A stretch of DNA of 64,000 nucleotides, from positions 496,001 to 560,000 of the forward strand of contig JANJGN010000301.1 in the NCBI GenBank assembly GCA_026770705.1, written 5' to 3'. Each line of letters starts with the position of its first letter. Position 1 is the stretch's first letter. The stretch is from Isurus oxyrinchus. Taxonomy: Eukaryota. The notes beneath the pieces are model-generated. The model was not told where the DNA came from and ran no database searches. It saw only the letters and a list, made by a program, of their open reading frames with translations. The position numbers and the translations under genes are program-made. Of this stretch, positions 24,096 through 39,005 are shown one piece after another.

Positions 24096-27000
24096 TATAG
24101 TGCTGCGATTACTGATATAGACTCTGGCTTGATATCAACTGAGACAGGGCATTGTGCAGTGATCATTGATACAGGGTCTAGATAAATATAAACTGGGACA
24201 GGGGCTAGTGCAATGATCACTGTTACAGTGTCTGGACTAAAATAAACTGAGGCATTCCCTAGTTCTGTCAATACTGATACAGGTTCTGGACTAATATAAA
24301 CTGAGTTAAGGTATAGTGCAGTGATTACTGATACAGGATAGGGATTGATATAAATGGAGTCCTGGCATAGTACAGTGATTACTGATACAGGGCCTCGATT
24401 AATATAAAATGCGACAGTGTCCATTGCACTGATTATGATGCATGGCCTAGATCAATATAAACTGAGATAGGGTCGAGTGCAGTGATTACTGATACAGGGT
24501 CTAAATTAATAGAACTTGAGACAGGCCAAGTGCAGTGATTACTGCTAGAGGGTTTAGATTGATATAAACTGATGCTGGGTCTAGTGCAGTGATTACTGAC
24601 ACAGGGTCTAGATCAATATAAACAGAAACAGGGGCTAGCGCAGTGATTACTGATCCAGGGTCTATATAAAAATATACTGGGATGGGGGCCAGTGCAGTGA
24701 TTACTGATACAGGGTCTGGACTCATAAACTGAGGCATTTTCTAGCTCTGTCATTATTGATACAGGTTGTAGACTAATATAAATTGAGACAGGGTCGAGCG
24801 AAGCGTTAACTTATACAGAATCTGGATTGATATAAGCTGAGGCAGGCCATAGTGCAATGATTACTGATACAGTGTCTGAATCAATATAAACTGAGACAGA
24901 GCCTAGTGCAATGATGACTGATACAGGGTCCAGATGATAAAGAGTGAGGCAGGGCATTGTGCAGAGATTACTGATACAGGGTCTAGATTAATATAAACTG
25001 AGACAGAGCCTAGTGCAGTGATTACTGATACAGGGTCTAGATTAATATAAACTGAGACAGAGCCTAGTGCAATGATGACTGATACAGGGTCCAGATGATA
25101 AAGACTGAGGCAGGGCATTGTGCAGAGATTACTGAAACAGGGACAAGGTGAATATAAAGCAGGAGAGAGGCTAGTGCAGTGATTAATGATACAGGATCAG
25201 GGTCAGTATAAACTGAGGCAGTGCCCATTGCAGTGATTACTGATACATGGCCTAAATTAATATGAACTGAGGCAGGGCCTAATGCAATGATTACTGATTT
25301 AGGGACCAGATTAATATGAAGTGAGGCAGGCCATAGTGCAGTGATTACTGATTCAGGGTCTAGATCAATATAAACTGAGACAGGGATTAGTGCAGTGATT
25401 ACTAATAGAGGGTCTAGGTTGATATAAAGTGAGGTAGGGCCTAGTGCAGTGATTACTGACACAGGGAGGAGAGCAATATAAACTAGGTCAGGGGATAGTA
25501 CTGTGATTAATGATAGAGGATGAGGATCAATATAAACTGAGACAGTGTCCATTGAAGTGATTATGGTTACAGGGTGTACATCAGTATAAACTGAGATAAG
25601 GTCCAGTGCAGTGATTAATGATGCAGGGTCTGGATTAATATAACATGAGGCAGTGTCTAGTGCAGTGATTACTGATCCAAGGTCTTGATAAATATAAAAC
25701 TAAGATCATGTCTAGTGCAGTGATTACTCATACAAGGTCTAGATTAATATGAACTGAAGCACAGCCTAGTGCAGCGATTACTGACTTAGGGACTAGATTG
25801 ATATAAACTAAGAAAGGGCATATTAAATTGATTACTGATGCAGGGTCCAGGTTAATAGAAACTGAGAGAGGGAAAAGTGCAGTGGTTATAGATTCAGGGT
25901 GCAGATTATTATAACCAGAACAGGGACGAGTGCAGTGATTACTGAAACAGGGCCTTGATTAATATAAACTGAATCAGGCTCTTGTACAGTAATCACTGAT
26001 ACACGGTCTGAACTAACATAACCTGAGACAATGCCTGGTGCACTGTTCACTGACACAGGGTCCAGATAAATATAACAGGGACAGGGGCTCGGGCAGTGAT
26101 TACCGCTGCAAGGGCTAAATTAATATAAACTTTGATAGGGCCTAGTGCAGTGATTATTGACACAGGGTCTAGACTGATTTTAAAAAACTGAGGCAAGGCA
26201 TAGTGCAGTGATTGCTGATACAAGGTACAGATTAATATAAACTGAGACAGGGCCTAGATAAATATAAGCCAGGACAAGGGCTAGTGCAGTGATAATGATA
26301 CAGGATCATGATCAATATAAACTGAGACAGTGTCCTTTGCAGTGATTACTGATACAAGATCTAGATCAATATCAATGGAGAAAGGGCCTAGTGCAGTGAT
26401 TACGGATAAAGGGTCTTGATTGATATAAACTGAGGCAGGGCATTGTGTAGTGATGACAAATGCAGGCTCTATGTTAATATAAAATGTGACAGGGTCTCAT
26501 GCAGTGATTACTGACACAGGGTCTATTTGATATAAACTGAGGGAGGGCATATTGCAGTGATAGCCTAGAGCAATATATATGGAGACAGTGTTCATTGCAG
26601 TGATTGCTGATGCAGGGTCTTGATTAGTGAAAACTGAGACACTGCAAAGTGCAGTGATTACAGACAAAGAGTCAAGGCTGATATAAACTGAGGTAGACCA
26701 TAGTCAGTGATTACTGATACTGGGTCCAGATAAATATAAACTGAGACAGGCTCGAGTGCAGAAAGAACTGATGCAAAATCTAGATCAATAGAAACTGATG
26801 CAGGGTCTAATGCATTGATGATCGACACAGGGTGTAGATTAATATAACCTGAGGCCAGGCCTAGTGCAATGATTACAGATGCAGGGTCGAGAATGATAAA
26901 AACTGAGGCAGGGCATAGTGCAGGGATTACTGATACAGGGTCGAGATTAATCTAAATTGAGACATGGTCTGGTGCAGTGCTTACCGATACAGAATCAGGA

Positions 27001-28974
27001 TCAATATAAACTGAGACAGGGCCCAGTGCAGTGATTACTGACACATGGTATCAATCAATATTAACTCAGACAATGTCCAGTGCAGTGATTACTGACACAG
27101 AGCCTAGATTAATATAAACTGAGGCAATGTCTAGTGCAGTGATTACTGATAGTGTCCAGATCAATATAAACTGAGATAGGTCCAAGTGCCACGATTATTG
27201 ATACAGGGCCTGGATTAATATAAACTGAGACAGGGCCTAGTGCAGTCATTACTGATACATGAACTAAATTAATATAAACTGAGACGGGCTCTAGTCCAGT
27301 GTTTACTGATACAGGGTCTCAATCAATATAAACTCAGACAATGCCGAGTGCACTGATTACTGATACAGGATCTAGATTTATAAAAACTGAGGCATGTTCT
27401 AGTGCAGTGATTACAGATGCAGAATCTATCTTAATACAAACTGAGACAGGTTCTTGTGCAGTAATTATTGATTCAGAGTCTCAATCAATATGAACTCAGA
27501 CAACGTCCAAAGCAGTGATTACTGATACAGGGCCGAGATAAATATAACTTGAGGCAGGGCCTACTGCAGTGATTACTGATACAGGGTCTAGGTTAACAGA
27601 AACTGAGAGAGGGCCAAGTGCAGTGATTATAGAGTCAGGGTGCAGATTATAATAACCAGAACAGGGTCGAGTGCAGTGATTACTGATACAGGGTCTTGAT
27701 TAATATAAACTGAGACAGGCTCTTGTGCAGTAATTACTGATCCATGGTCTGAACTAACATAACCTGAGACAGGGCCTGGTGCAGTGTTCATTGATACAGG
27801 GCCTAGATAAATATAACTGGCGCAGGGACTCGGGCAGTGATTACTGATACAGGGTCTAGGTTAATATAGATATTGAGATGGGGCCTAGTGCAGTGATAAC
27901 TGAAACAGGGTCTAGATTCATAAAAAAAGCTGAGGCAGGGCATGGTGCAGGGATTACTGATACCGGGCCGAGATTAATATAAACACAGAGAGGCTCAGGT
28001 GCAGTGATTGCTGATATAGGGTCCAAATTGATATAAAATGACACAGGATCTAGTGCAGTGATTACTGATACAGGGCCTAGATTGATATAAACTGAGACAA
28101 GGCCGAGGGCCATGATTTGTGTTACAAGGTTGGATGCATATAAAATGGAACAGGGTCAAGTGCAGTGATTACTGATACAGGGTCCGGATTAATTGAACCT
28201 GAGAAACAGCCCAGTGCAGTGCTTTTAGGTTCAGGGTGCAAATTATTATTGCTAGAACAGGGTTGAATGCAGTGATTACTGAATCAGGGTCTTGATTAAT
28301 ATAAACTGAGACAGGCTCTTGTGCAGTGATTACTGATACAGGGTCTGAACCAACATAAAGTGTGAAGTATTCATTGATGCAGGGCCTAGATAAATATAAC
28401 TGGTACAGGAGCTCTTGCAGCGATTACTGCTGCAGGGACTAAATTACTATAAACTGAGACTGGATCTAGTGCAGTGATTACTGATAGAAGGACTGGGCTA
28501 ATGTAAAGTGAGACAGAGTCTAGTGCAGAGATAACAGATGTGGGACCAAGATCCATATGAACTGAGACAGGGTCGAGATCAATATCAACTGAGACAGTTT
28601 TTACTGCAGTGAATACTGATACAGGGTCTTGATTAATAAACACTGAGACAGGGCCTAGTGCAGCGATTAATGTTATAGGGGCTAGATTAATATCGACTGA
28701 GAGAACCTCAAGAACAGAGATTACAGATACAGGGTCTAGATTAATATAATCTGAGACAGGTCTAGTGTAGAGATGACTGATACATGGCCTAGCTCAATAT
28801 AAATTGAGGCAGTATCCAGAGCAGTAATTACTGACACGGGGTCTTGATTAATATAAATTGCGGAGGGCACAGTGCAGTGATTCCTGATGCAGGCTCTAAA
28901 TTAATGTAAACTGTGCAAGGCCTAGTATGGTGATTACTGATACAGGGTCTAGATTGATAAAAACTGAGACAGGG

Positions 28975-29130
28975 CAGAATATAATTCAAAAATTGGCTTT
29001 CTTGTAGGAGACAGAGGATGATGACAGAAGGATGCTTTAGTTACTGGAAGCCAGTGTCCAGTGGCGTAGCACAGGGATCTGTGCTGGGTCCCCTATTATT
29101 TGTCATTTATATAAACGACATAGATGGCTA
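28975..29130 (+). mobile_element. CR1 fragment, duplicate of the 5' end of the 33765 CR1
   Basis: Same CCAGTGTCCAGTGG..CACAGGGATCTGTGCTGGGTCCCC segment and same satellite junction. Confidence 0.85.
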
Positions 29131-32100
29131 GATTAATAGAAACTGAGACAGGTTCTAGTGCAGTGTTTACTGATACATGGTCCTGATCAATATAAACTCA
29201 GACAATGTCCAGTGCAGTCATTACTAATACAAGGTCTAGATCAATAGAATCTGAGACAGGGTCCAGTTCAATGAAAACTAAAGTAAGGTCAAGATTAATA
29301 TAAACTCAGACAATGTCCAGTGCAGTGATGGCTGATACAGGGTCTGGATCAATATAAACTGAAACAGTGTCCAGTGCAGTGATTACCGAAACAGGGTCTA
29401 AATTAATATAAACTGAGACAGAGCCTAGTGTGATGATTACTAATATAGGGTCTAGACGATAAAAACAGAGGAAGGGCATAGTGCAGTGATTACTGATACA
29501 GGCTCTAGATTAATGTAAACTGAGACAGAGCCTAGTGCAGTGATTACTGATACAGGGCCGAGGTAAATATAATGCAGGACAGAGGCTAGTGCATTGATTA
29601 ATGATACTGGATCAGGGTCAATATAAACTGAGACAGTGTCCATTGAAGTAATTACTGATACATTGCCTAAATTAATATGAACTGAGGCAGGCCATATTGC
29701 AGTAATTACTGAACAAGGCTCTAGGGCTAATATAAACTGAGACAGGGCCTAGTGCAGTGATTACTGATACATGGTCTAGATCAATATAAACTGAGGCAGT
29801 GTCCAGTAGAGTGATTACTGATACAGGGTCTTGATTAATATAAACTGAGATGGGGTCTAGTGCAGTGATTCCTGATACAGGCTGTAGCTTGACAGAAGCT
29901 GACACTGGGCATTGTGCAGTGATTACTGATCCATGGTCTGGATAACTATAAACTGGGACAGGGGCTACTGCAGTGATTACTGTTACAGTGTCTGGACTAA
30001 AATAAGTGGAAGCATTCTCTAGATCTGTTATTACTGATACAGTTTCTGGACTTATTTAAACTGAGATAAGGTCTAGTGCAGTGATTACTGATACAGGATA
30101 TGGATTGATATAAACTGATGCTGGATCCAGTGCAGTGATTACTGGCACAGCGTCCAGATCAATATAAACAGAGATAGGGACTAGTGCAGTAATTACTGAT
30201 ACACGGTTGACATAAATATAAACTGGGATAGGGGCCAGTGCAGTGATTACTGGTATAGGGTCTGGACTCATGTAAATGGAGACAGGGTCCAGCAAAGTTA
30301 TTACTGATACAGGATCTGGATTGATATAAACTAAGGCAGGCCATAGTGCAGTGACTAGTGTCGCAGGGCCAAGATAAATAAAATCGAGGACAGCGGCTAG
30401 TGCAGTGATTACTGATACGGGGTCTAGAACAATATAAAGTGAGGGTGGTCATTGCACTGATTATTATGCAGAGTTTGATTTATTTAAGATGAGACAGGCC
30501 CTAATGCCAGGATTACTGATACAGGGTCTGGATCAATATAAACTGAAACAGTGTCCAGTGCAGTCATTATTGATACAGGCTCTGGATGATAAAAACTGAA
30601 GCAGGGCATAGTGCAGTGATTACTGGTACAGGGTCGAGGTAAATATAAACTAGGACAGAGGCTAGTGCATTGATTAATGATACAGGATCAATATCAATAT
30701 AAACTGAGACAGCGTCCATTGCACTGATTACTGATGCATGGCTTAAATTAATATGAACTGAGTCAGGGCCTAGTGCAGCGATTACTGATTTAGGGTCTAG
30801 ATTAATATGAACTGAGGCAGGCCATATTTCAGTGATTACTAACACAGGGACTAGATTAACATAAACTAGGACAGGGGATAGTGCAGTGATTAATGATACA
30901 GGATCAGGGTCAATATAAACTGAGACAGTGTCCATTGAAGTGATTACAGTTACAGGGTGTACATCAGTATAAAATGAGACAGTGCCTAGGGCAGTGATTA
31001 CTGATCTTAGGTCTTGATAAAAATAAAACTAAGATAGTGATTAGTGCAGTGATTACTGATACATGGTCTTGATTAATATGAACTGAGGCATGGCCTAGTG
31101 CAGTGATGACTGATTTAGGGTCTAGATTGATATCAACTAAAATAGGGAAAATTGCAGTAATTGCTGATACAGGGTTGAGATTGACATAAATTGAGGCAGG
31201 GCATATTGCAGTGATTACTGATAGAGGGTATAGGTTAATAGAAACTGAGAGAGGGCCAAGTGCAGTGATTATAGATTCAGGGTGCAGATTATTATAACCA
31301 GAACAGGGACAAGTGCAGTGATTACTGAAACAGGGCCTTGATTAATATAAACTGAGACAGGCTCTTGTACAGTAATTACTGATACACAATCTGAACTAAC
31401 ATAACCTGAGACAGGGTCTGGTGCAGTGTTCACTGACATAGGGCCCAGATAAATATAACTGGGACAGGGGCTGAGGCAGTGATTACTACTGCAGGGACTA
31501 AATTAATGTAAACTGAGATAGGCCTAGTGCAGTGATTACTGATACAGGGCCTAGATTGATAAACAAAATGACACCTGGCATATTGCACAGCATCTAGCTT
31601 AATATAAACTTCGGCAGAACCGAGTGCAGTAATTACTGACACATGATCTCAATCAATATGAACTTAGACAATGTCCAGTGCAGCGATTACTGATGCAGAG
31701 CTAGATTAATATAAGCTGAGGCAGGGCCTCATGCAGTGATAATTGATACAGGGTCTAGATTAATAGAAACAGAGAGAGGGCCAAGTGCACTGAATACTGA
31801 TAGAGGGTCTAAATTGATATAAACTGAGGTAGGCCACATTGCTGTAATTACTGATACAGTGTCCCGATCAATATAAACTGAGATAGGTCCAAGTGCAGTG
31901 ATTACCGATACAGGGTCTGGATTAATATAAAGTGAGACAGGGCCTTGTGCAGTCATTACTGATACAAGATCTAGATTAATATAACCTGAGACGGGGCTTA
32001 TTGCAATTATTACTGATAGATGGTCTGGACTAATTTAAACTGAGGCAGGCCAAAGTGCAGTGATGACTGATACAGGATCTAGATTAATATAAACTGAGAC

Positions 32101-33764
32101 AGGGTCTAGCACAGTGTTTATTAATACAGTGTCTCAATCAGCATAACTCAGACAATGTTGAGGGCAGTGATTACTGATACAGGATCCAGATTAATGTAAA
32201 CTGAGGCATGCTCTAGTGTACTGATTACAGGCACAGGATCTAGCTTAATATAAACTGAGACAGGTTCTTGTGCAGTAATTACTGATACAGGGTCTCAATC
32301 AATATAAACTCAGACAATGTCCAGTGCAGTGATTACTGATACAGGGCCAAGATAAATATGAACTGAGGCAGGGCCTACTGCAGTGATTACTGATACCGGG
32401 CCAAGATAAATATGAACTGAGGCAGGGCCTACTGCAGTGATTACTGATACAGGGTCTCGGTTAATAGAAACTGAGAGAGGGCCAAGTGCAGTGATTATAG
32501 ATTCAGTGTGCAGTTTATTATAACCAGAACAGGGACGAGTGCAGTGATTACTGAAAAAGGGGCTTGATTAATATAAACTGAGACAGACTCTTGTACAGTA
32601 ATTACTGATACAAGGTCTGGACTAACATAAACTGAGAAAGGGCCTGGTGAAGTGTTAATTGATACAGGGCCTAGATAAGTATAACTGAGATGAGGCAGTG
32701 ATAACTGATACAGGGTCTAGATTGCTAAAAAAAAACCTGAGGCAGGACATAGTGCAGGGATTACTGATAACGGGCTGACATTAATATAAACTCAGAGAGG
32801 TTCAAGTGCAGTGATTACTGGTATAAGGTCCAAATTGATATAAAATGACTTGCGTCTCGTGTAGTGATTACTGGTATAGGGTCTGGATTGATATAAACTG
32901 AGACAAGGCCTGGTGCCGTGATTTGTGTTGCAGGGTTGGATGCATATAAAATGGGACAGGGCCTAGTGCAGTGATTACAGGCACAGGTTTTAGATTAATA
33001 TAAACTGAGAAACAGTGCAGTGCAGTGCTTTTAGGTTTAGGGTGCAAATTATTAATACCAGAACAGGGTCGAGTGCAATGTTTACTGCAACTGGTTCTTG
33101 GTTAATATAAACTGAGACAGGCTCTTGTGCAGTAATTACTGATGCAGGGTCTGAACCAACATAAACTGAGACAGGGCCTGGTGAAATGTTCACTGGTACA
33201 GGGCCTAGATAAATAAAACTGAGACAGGAACTCTTGCAGTGATGACTGCTGCAGGGACTAAATTAATATAAACTGAGGCTGGATCTATTGCAATGATTAC
33301 TGATAAAGGGACTGGGCTAATATAAAGTGAGACAGAGTTTAGTGCAGATATAACTGATGTGGGGTCAGGATCAATATAAACTGAGACAGGGTCTGTTGCA
33401 ATGATTACTGATACAGGGTCTAGATCAAAGTCAACTGAGACAATGTCAATTGCAGTGATTTCTGATCCAGGGTCTTGATTGATAAAAACTGAGACAGGGC
33501 CTAGTGCAGTAAGTAATGTTAAGGGTCTAGATTAATATAAACTGAGAGAGCCTCAAGTACAGAGATTACAGATACAGGATCTAGATTATTATATGCTGAG
33601 ACAGATCTAGTGCAGAGTTTACTGATACATGGTCTAGCTCAATATAAACTGTGGCAGGGCATAGTGCAGTGATTACTGATGCTCTAAAGTAACGTAAGGA
33701 AGACAAGGTCTAGTACGGTGATTACAGATACAGGGTCTAGATTGATAAAAACTGAGGCAGGGAA

Positions 33765-34850
33765 GAATATAATTCTAAAATTGGATTAGTTGTAGGAGAC
33801 AGAGGGTGATGACAGAAAGACGCTTTAGTTACTGGGAGCCAGTGTCCAGTGGTGTACCACAGGGATCTGTGCTGGGTCCCCGATTATTTGTTATTTATAT
33901 AAACAAAAGTGGATGCCTACATGTGGGGTAGGATTAGTAAGTTTACGGAGGATACAGAGATTGGCCGGTTGGTTAACAGTGATGTTGAGTGTTTTGGGCT
34001 ACAGGAAGATATAGATGGAATGGTCAAATGGGCAGATAAGTGGCAGATGGAATTTAGCACTGAAAAGTGCGAGGTGATACACCTTGGAAGGAGTAATTTG
34101 ACTATGAATGGGATGACACTAGGAAGTTCTGAGGAACAAAGGGACCTTGGCATGTGTGTCCATAGGTCTCTGAAGGCAGAGGGGCATCTTAGTGGGGTGG
34201 TGAAAAAGGCATATGGGTCACTTGCCTTTATCAATTGAGGCATAGATTACAAAAGTAGGAAGGCCATGTTAGACTTGTATAGAACCTTGGTGAGGTCACA
34301 GCTTGAGTACCATATGCAGTTCTGGTCGCCACATTATAGGAAGGATGTGATGCACTGAAGAGGGTGCAGAGGAGATTCACCAGGATGTTGCCCGGTATGA
34401 AACATTTAAGTTATGAAGTGAGGTTGGATAGACTTGGGTTGTTTTCATTGGAGCAGAGAAGACTGAGGGGAGACCTGATTGAAGCGTACAAGATTCTGAG
34501 GTGTGTGGACAGGGTGAATAGGGAGCAGCTGTTGCCCTTAGTTGAAGGGTCAGTCACAAGGAGACATAAGTTCAAGGTGAGGGGCAGGAGGTTTAGGATG
34601 CTTTTGAGGAAAAACGTTTTTACCCAGAGGGTGGTGATGGTCTGGAATGCGCTGCCTGGGATGGTGGTGGAGGTGGGTTGCTTTACATCCTTTAAAAAGT
34701 ACTTGGTTGAGCACTTGGCACGTCATAACATTCAAGGCTATGGGCCAAGTGCTGGTAAATGGGATTAGGCAGGTAGGTCAGGTGCTTTTCACGTGTCGGT
34801 GCAGACTCGATGGGCCAAAGGGCCTCTTCTGCACTGTGTGATTCTGTGAT
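33765..34850 (+). mobile_element. CR1 LINE 3' portion
   Basis: GVPQGSVLGP; ORFs 33909-34238 and 34364-34768 are CR1 RT C-terminus. Confidence 0.93.
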
Positions 34851-36414
34851 AATATAAACTGATTACTGATACAGGTCTAGATCAATATCAAGGGAGACAG
34901 CGTCTCGTGCAGTGATTACTGGCAGAATCTAGATTAATACAAACTGTGACAGGGCCGAGTGCTGTGATTACTGACACAGGGACGAGATTATTATAAACTA
35001 GGACAGGGGCTAGTGCAGGAATTAATGATACAGGATCAGGATCAATATAAACTGAGGCAGTGTCCTTTCCAATGATTACTGTTAGAGGGTCTGGACTAAT
35101 ATAAACTGAATCAGGGCCTAGAGCAGTCATTACTAATACAGGGTCAAGATTAATAGAAACTGAGACAGAGCCTAGTGCAGTGGTTACTGATGCAGGGTGT
35201 AGATTAATATAAACTCAATGTCCAGTGCAGAGATGACTGACAGAGGGTCTAGATTAATGTAAACTGAGACAGGGTCCACTGCAGCGATTAATGATACAGG
35301 GTCTAAATTAATATAAACTGAGACAGTGTCTAGTGCAGTGATTCCTGATATATGGTCTGGACTAGAATAAACTGAGACAGGGCCAAGTGCAAGAATTACT
35401 TCATCATTGACGCCCATATCCCAAGAATGAATTAAAACACTGCAAAATACTGCATGTTTGGGAAATCTAAGGCAGAGCAAAAAATAACCACTCAGCAGGT
35501 CAGTGGGCATCAACAGAGAGAGAAACAGGTCAAACGTTCAGGCCGATGACAGGTGCAAAATCTCCCTTAGTACAAATCTATAGAGCAGGACTGTTCTCCC
35601 CACTATCCTAGTCCAGTATTCATTCTTCAACTAAAATCACATATTATCTTATCATTTTTTGCAGCTCTATTCGTGGGAGCTTGCTGTGCACAAATCACCG
35701 GATGGATTTCCAATATTACAGCAGTGACTAAACTTCAACAAATGTACATCAACGAATTTCAAGGGCTTTAGGACGTCCTGGGGTCACAAGCTGCGTTCTA
35801 TAAATGTAAATTCTTCCTAAATGTTAACATTTTAAAATGCTAGTTGTGATATGTTGAAAACTCTAAGATTAATATGATTATAGGTCGCTCCTGTGGCTGC
35901 TGTTTTAAATTATCCATTTTTAATCAGTTAAATCTTCCAACAAATTGACATTGAGTGTAATCCCAGCCTGTTCAAATATTCATCATTGATTGTGACAGTA
36001 GCACTTTCAGAATTGAATTATTAATTTAAATGTATTTTTAATTATTTGAAATAAATAACATCTGTTCTAATGGATGTTGAAAATGTTTCTAGTAATTTTG
36101 TACCAACTGTCAATATTCTTAAAATAAACCCTTGTTTTGAGTTGAAACCAATCAATAAGTGTCTGTGTTTATCTGGTTTTGCTGCCATGAACACTTCATT
36201 GAAACCAATGAGGCGTTTATGTAAATAAACACAGAAATAGAAGTCCCAGATTAGATTCTGGATACACAAAAGCACAGCAAATATTTCCCCATCAATAGAG
36301 CACAGAAATAGAGTCAAACATGCAAATACATCAACAGATTTCAGTAACAACTTTTTTTGGGCATTTTTAAAATCAGTTATATGAGAATTATGTCACGACG
36401 ATATCTATTTTCAG

Positions 36415-36640
36415 AATTAAGTAAGATTCCCACTGATCATGAAATATAATGTCAAGGCAAATGTGTTTGTAGGGATGTCCTGTATCCTCGCTCTCTCTGT
36501 GTCTCTTTCTCCTCTCTGGTACTTTGTCTTGTCTCTCCACCATGGGTCACTGTCTTTACTCCACAACATGATGTCAATGTCTAGCCAATATATTTTCTCA
36601 GCCCGATTCATACACTTCAAACTATATTGATCAAATGAAA
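36415..36640 (-). pseudogene. IgL-like V relic
   Basis: ORF track: SLKCMNRAEKIYW...KYQRGERDTER..QDIPTNTFALTL, followed by a D-S-G-x-Y-like stretch. Confidence 0.45.
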
Positions 36641-36649
36641 TGGATTATA

Positions 36650-37640
36650 ATCCGTAGAGGGAACTTTATTCTAAATCTGTTTTGAGCATTCACTGACTTG
36701 AGAGTGCTTGGTGGGAAACTGCAGATGAAACTTTACTCTGTATCTAACCTGTGTTGCAGCCAGGAGCGTAGATTTGATGTGGCCGTGCCGAAGGACCTTT
36801 CCCTGTATCTAACCCGTGCTGTTCCTGCCTTTGGCGTGTCTGATGGGACAGTGTAGAGGGAGCTTTACTTTGCACGTAACCTGCACTGTGACAGCCCTGG
36901 GAGTGTTTGATACGACTGTGTAGAGGGAGATTTACTCTGTATCTAAACTGTGCTATACCTGATTGATAGGGCCGTTTAGAGGGAGCTTCACTCTGCATCT
37001 AAACTACTCTATATTTGACATGGCTGTAGACACTGTAGAGGGGGATTTGCCCCATCTAAGCCCTGGAAATACCTGATGTGATGGTTCAGAGGCAGCTTTC
37101 CTCTTTACCTGTCCCCAGTGTCGAGCTACCTGGGAAATGTCTGATGAAGTGTGCAGAGGAAACCTTACACTGCATATAACCTTACATGCCTCAACAGTGT
37201 TTGAGCAGACAATGTAGAGGAAGTTTTACCCTGTTTCTGAACTGTGCTGCACCTGTCCTGGAAATGTTTGATGGTGACAGTGTCGAGGGAGATTCACTCT
37301 GAATCTAACCTGTGCTATACCTGCATTGGGAGATTTTCATGTGGCAATGTAAAGGGAACTTTACATTATTAATGTAGCCCCATGCTACACCTGTCCTGGG
37401 GCTGTTTGATGGAGCCGTGGGCCTTGTTTATGCATTACACTAGACCGTGTCCAACCGTATCTAACCCTTGCTGTACCTGCCCCGGGAATGTTTCATGGTG
37501 ACAGTGTCGAGGGAGTTTCTCTCTCTCTAACCCATGCTGCATCTTCCCTGGGAGTGTTCAATGTGACAATGTAGAAGTAGCTTTAAATTCTGTGCCTAGC
37601 CCCATGCTGCACTTGTCCTAGGAGTGTTTGATGGGACAGT
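36650..37640 (+). repeat. ~65-bp tandem repeat
   Basis: GTGTAGAGGGAGCTTTACTCTGTATCTAACC..TGCTGTACCTG.CCTGGGAGTGTTTGATGG units; an extra copy at ~54125-54220. Confidence 0.9.
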
Positions 37641-39005
37641 AGACCCTGTCTTGATATTGCGTTCGACCGTGACCCTGTCTCTGTTTATATTACAGTTGAC
37701 CCTGCCTCTGTTTGTATTGCACTAGGCCCTGTCCCTGTTTATATTGCATCTGACATGTATCTGTTTATATTGCACTAGATGGTGTCTCTGTTTACATTGC
37801 ACTTGGCCCTGCCCGTGTTTATATGACACTCAACATGTCTCCTTATATTCGACATGCCTCTGTTTATATTGCACTAGGCCCTGCCCTGGTTTATATTACA
37901 CTAGACCCTGTTTCTGTTTATGTTGCACTGATCCCTATTTTGGTTTACATTACATTAGACCGTGTCTCTGTTTATATTATACTAGGCTCTGCCCCTGTTT
38001 GTATTACACTTGATATGTCAGTGTTTATATTACACTCGGCATGTCTCTGTTAATATTATACTCGACATGCCTTTGTTTATTTTGCACTAGACGCTGTATC
38101 TGTTTATATTACATTAGATCCGGTCTCTGTTTATATTGCACTAGGTCATGCCACTGTTTATATTAAACTGGGCCCTGTATGTTTATAATACACTAGACTC
38201 TGTCTCTATTTATATTACACTGGACCCCGTTTCTGTTTATATTACTCTAGATCCTGTCTTTGCTTATATTAAACAAGGCCTTGTCTCTGTTTATATTATG
38301 ATTGACCTGTCTCTGTATATATTCATCTAGAACTGTCTCTGTATTTCAGTAGCCACTGTCTCAGTTCTGTGCTAGATCATATCTGTATTTAAATTACATT
38401 AGACCCTGCCTCTGTTATTACTGCACTACACATGTGCCATAATGTGGAAATTGGCTGGGGTGGAAATAGTGAAGATAAGGCAGCAAGATGGTGGGAACAA
38501 TTAACATGGGGGCCTGTTTAGATGTTATGACTTGTCCTCCCTGCATCCCAGATTTGTGTTCATGATCCACAGACCTCTCTTATATTGCAGCTGTTTAAAT
38601 TAAACCATTTAACTCCTATTTTCAGGCTCTAGTGCAATAAAGTAAGGGAATATACTAATGTAATATAAACAGAGGACAATTACATAAATATCTAAGACAG
38701 GACCTAATGTTACAGAAACAGAAACATGGACTAGAACAGTAACAAAGAGACAGGCCCAGTAAAATACTACCAGAGACATGGTAGAGAGCAGCAATAACTG
38801 AGACAGAGTCCAGTGTTACAGAAACAGAAACATGAACTAGAGCAGTAACAATGAGACAGGCCCAGTGTAGTATCAACAGAGGCTTGGTGGAGAGCTGCAA
38901 TACTTAGACAGGATCTAGTATTACAGAAACAGAATCACGGACTAGAGCAGTAACAATGAGACAGGCTGAGTGTAATATTAACAGAGACACGGTGGAGTTC
39001 AGCAA
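37640..39005. repeat. 27-bp satellite, - orientation (37640-38430) then + orientation (38625-39005)
   Basis: Direct inspection. Confidence 0.8.

Larger units (their letters stand above)
21080..35400 (+). repeat. Large 54-bp (2 x 27-bp) satellite array with nested TEs
   Basis: Alternating TAGTGCAGTGATTACTGATACAGGGTC / TAGATTAATATAAACTGAGACAGGGCC; gives the 9-aa PVSVITAL/PVSVYINL ORFs on the - strand. Confidence 0.95.

Noticed and set aside
22997-35400. Many minus-strand ORFs with PVSVITAL/PVSVYINL repeats
   Set aside because: Artefact of a 27-bp satellite period; frequent stops and frameshifts, no splice structure
21080-35400. CRISPR-like periodicity
   Set aside because: Vertebrate DNA; no unique spacers, tandem diverged units only
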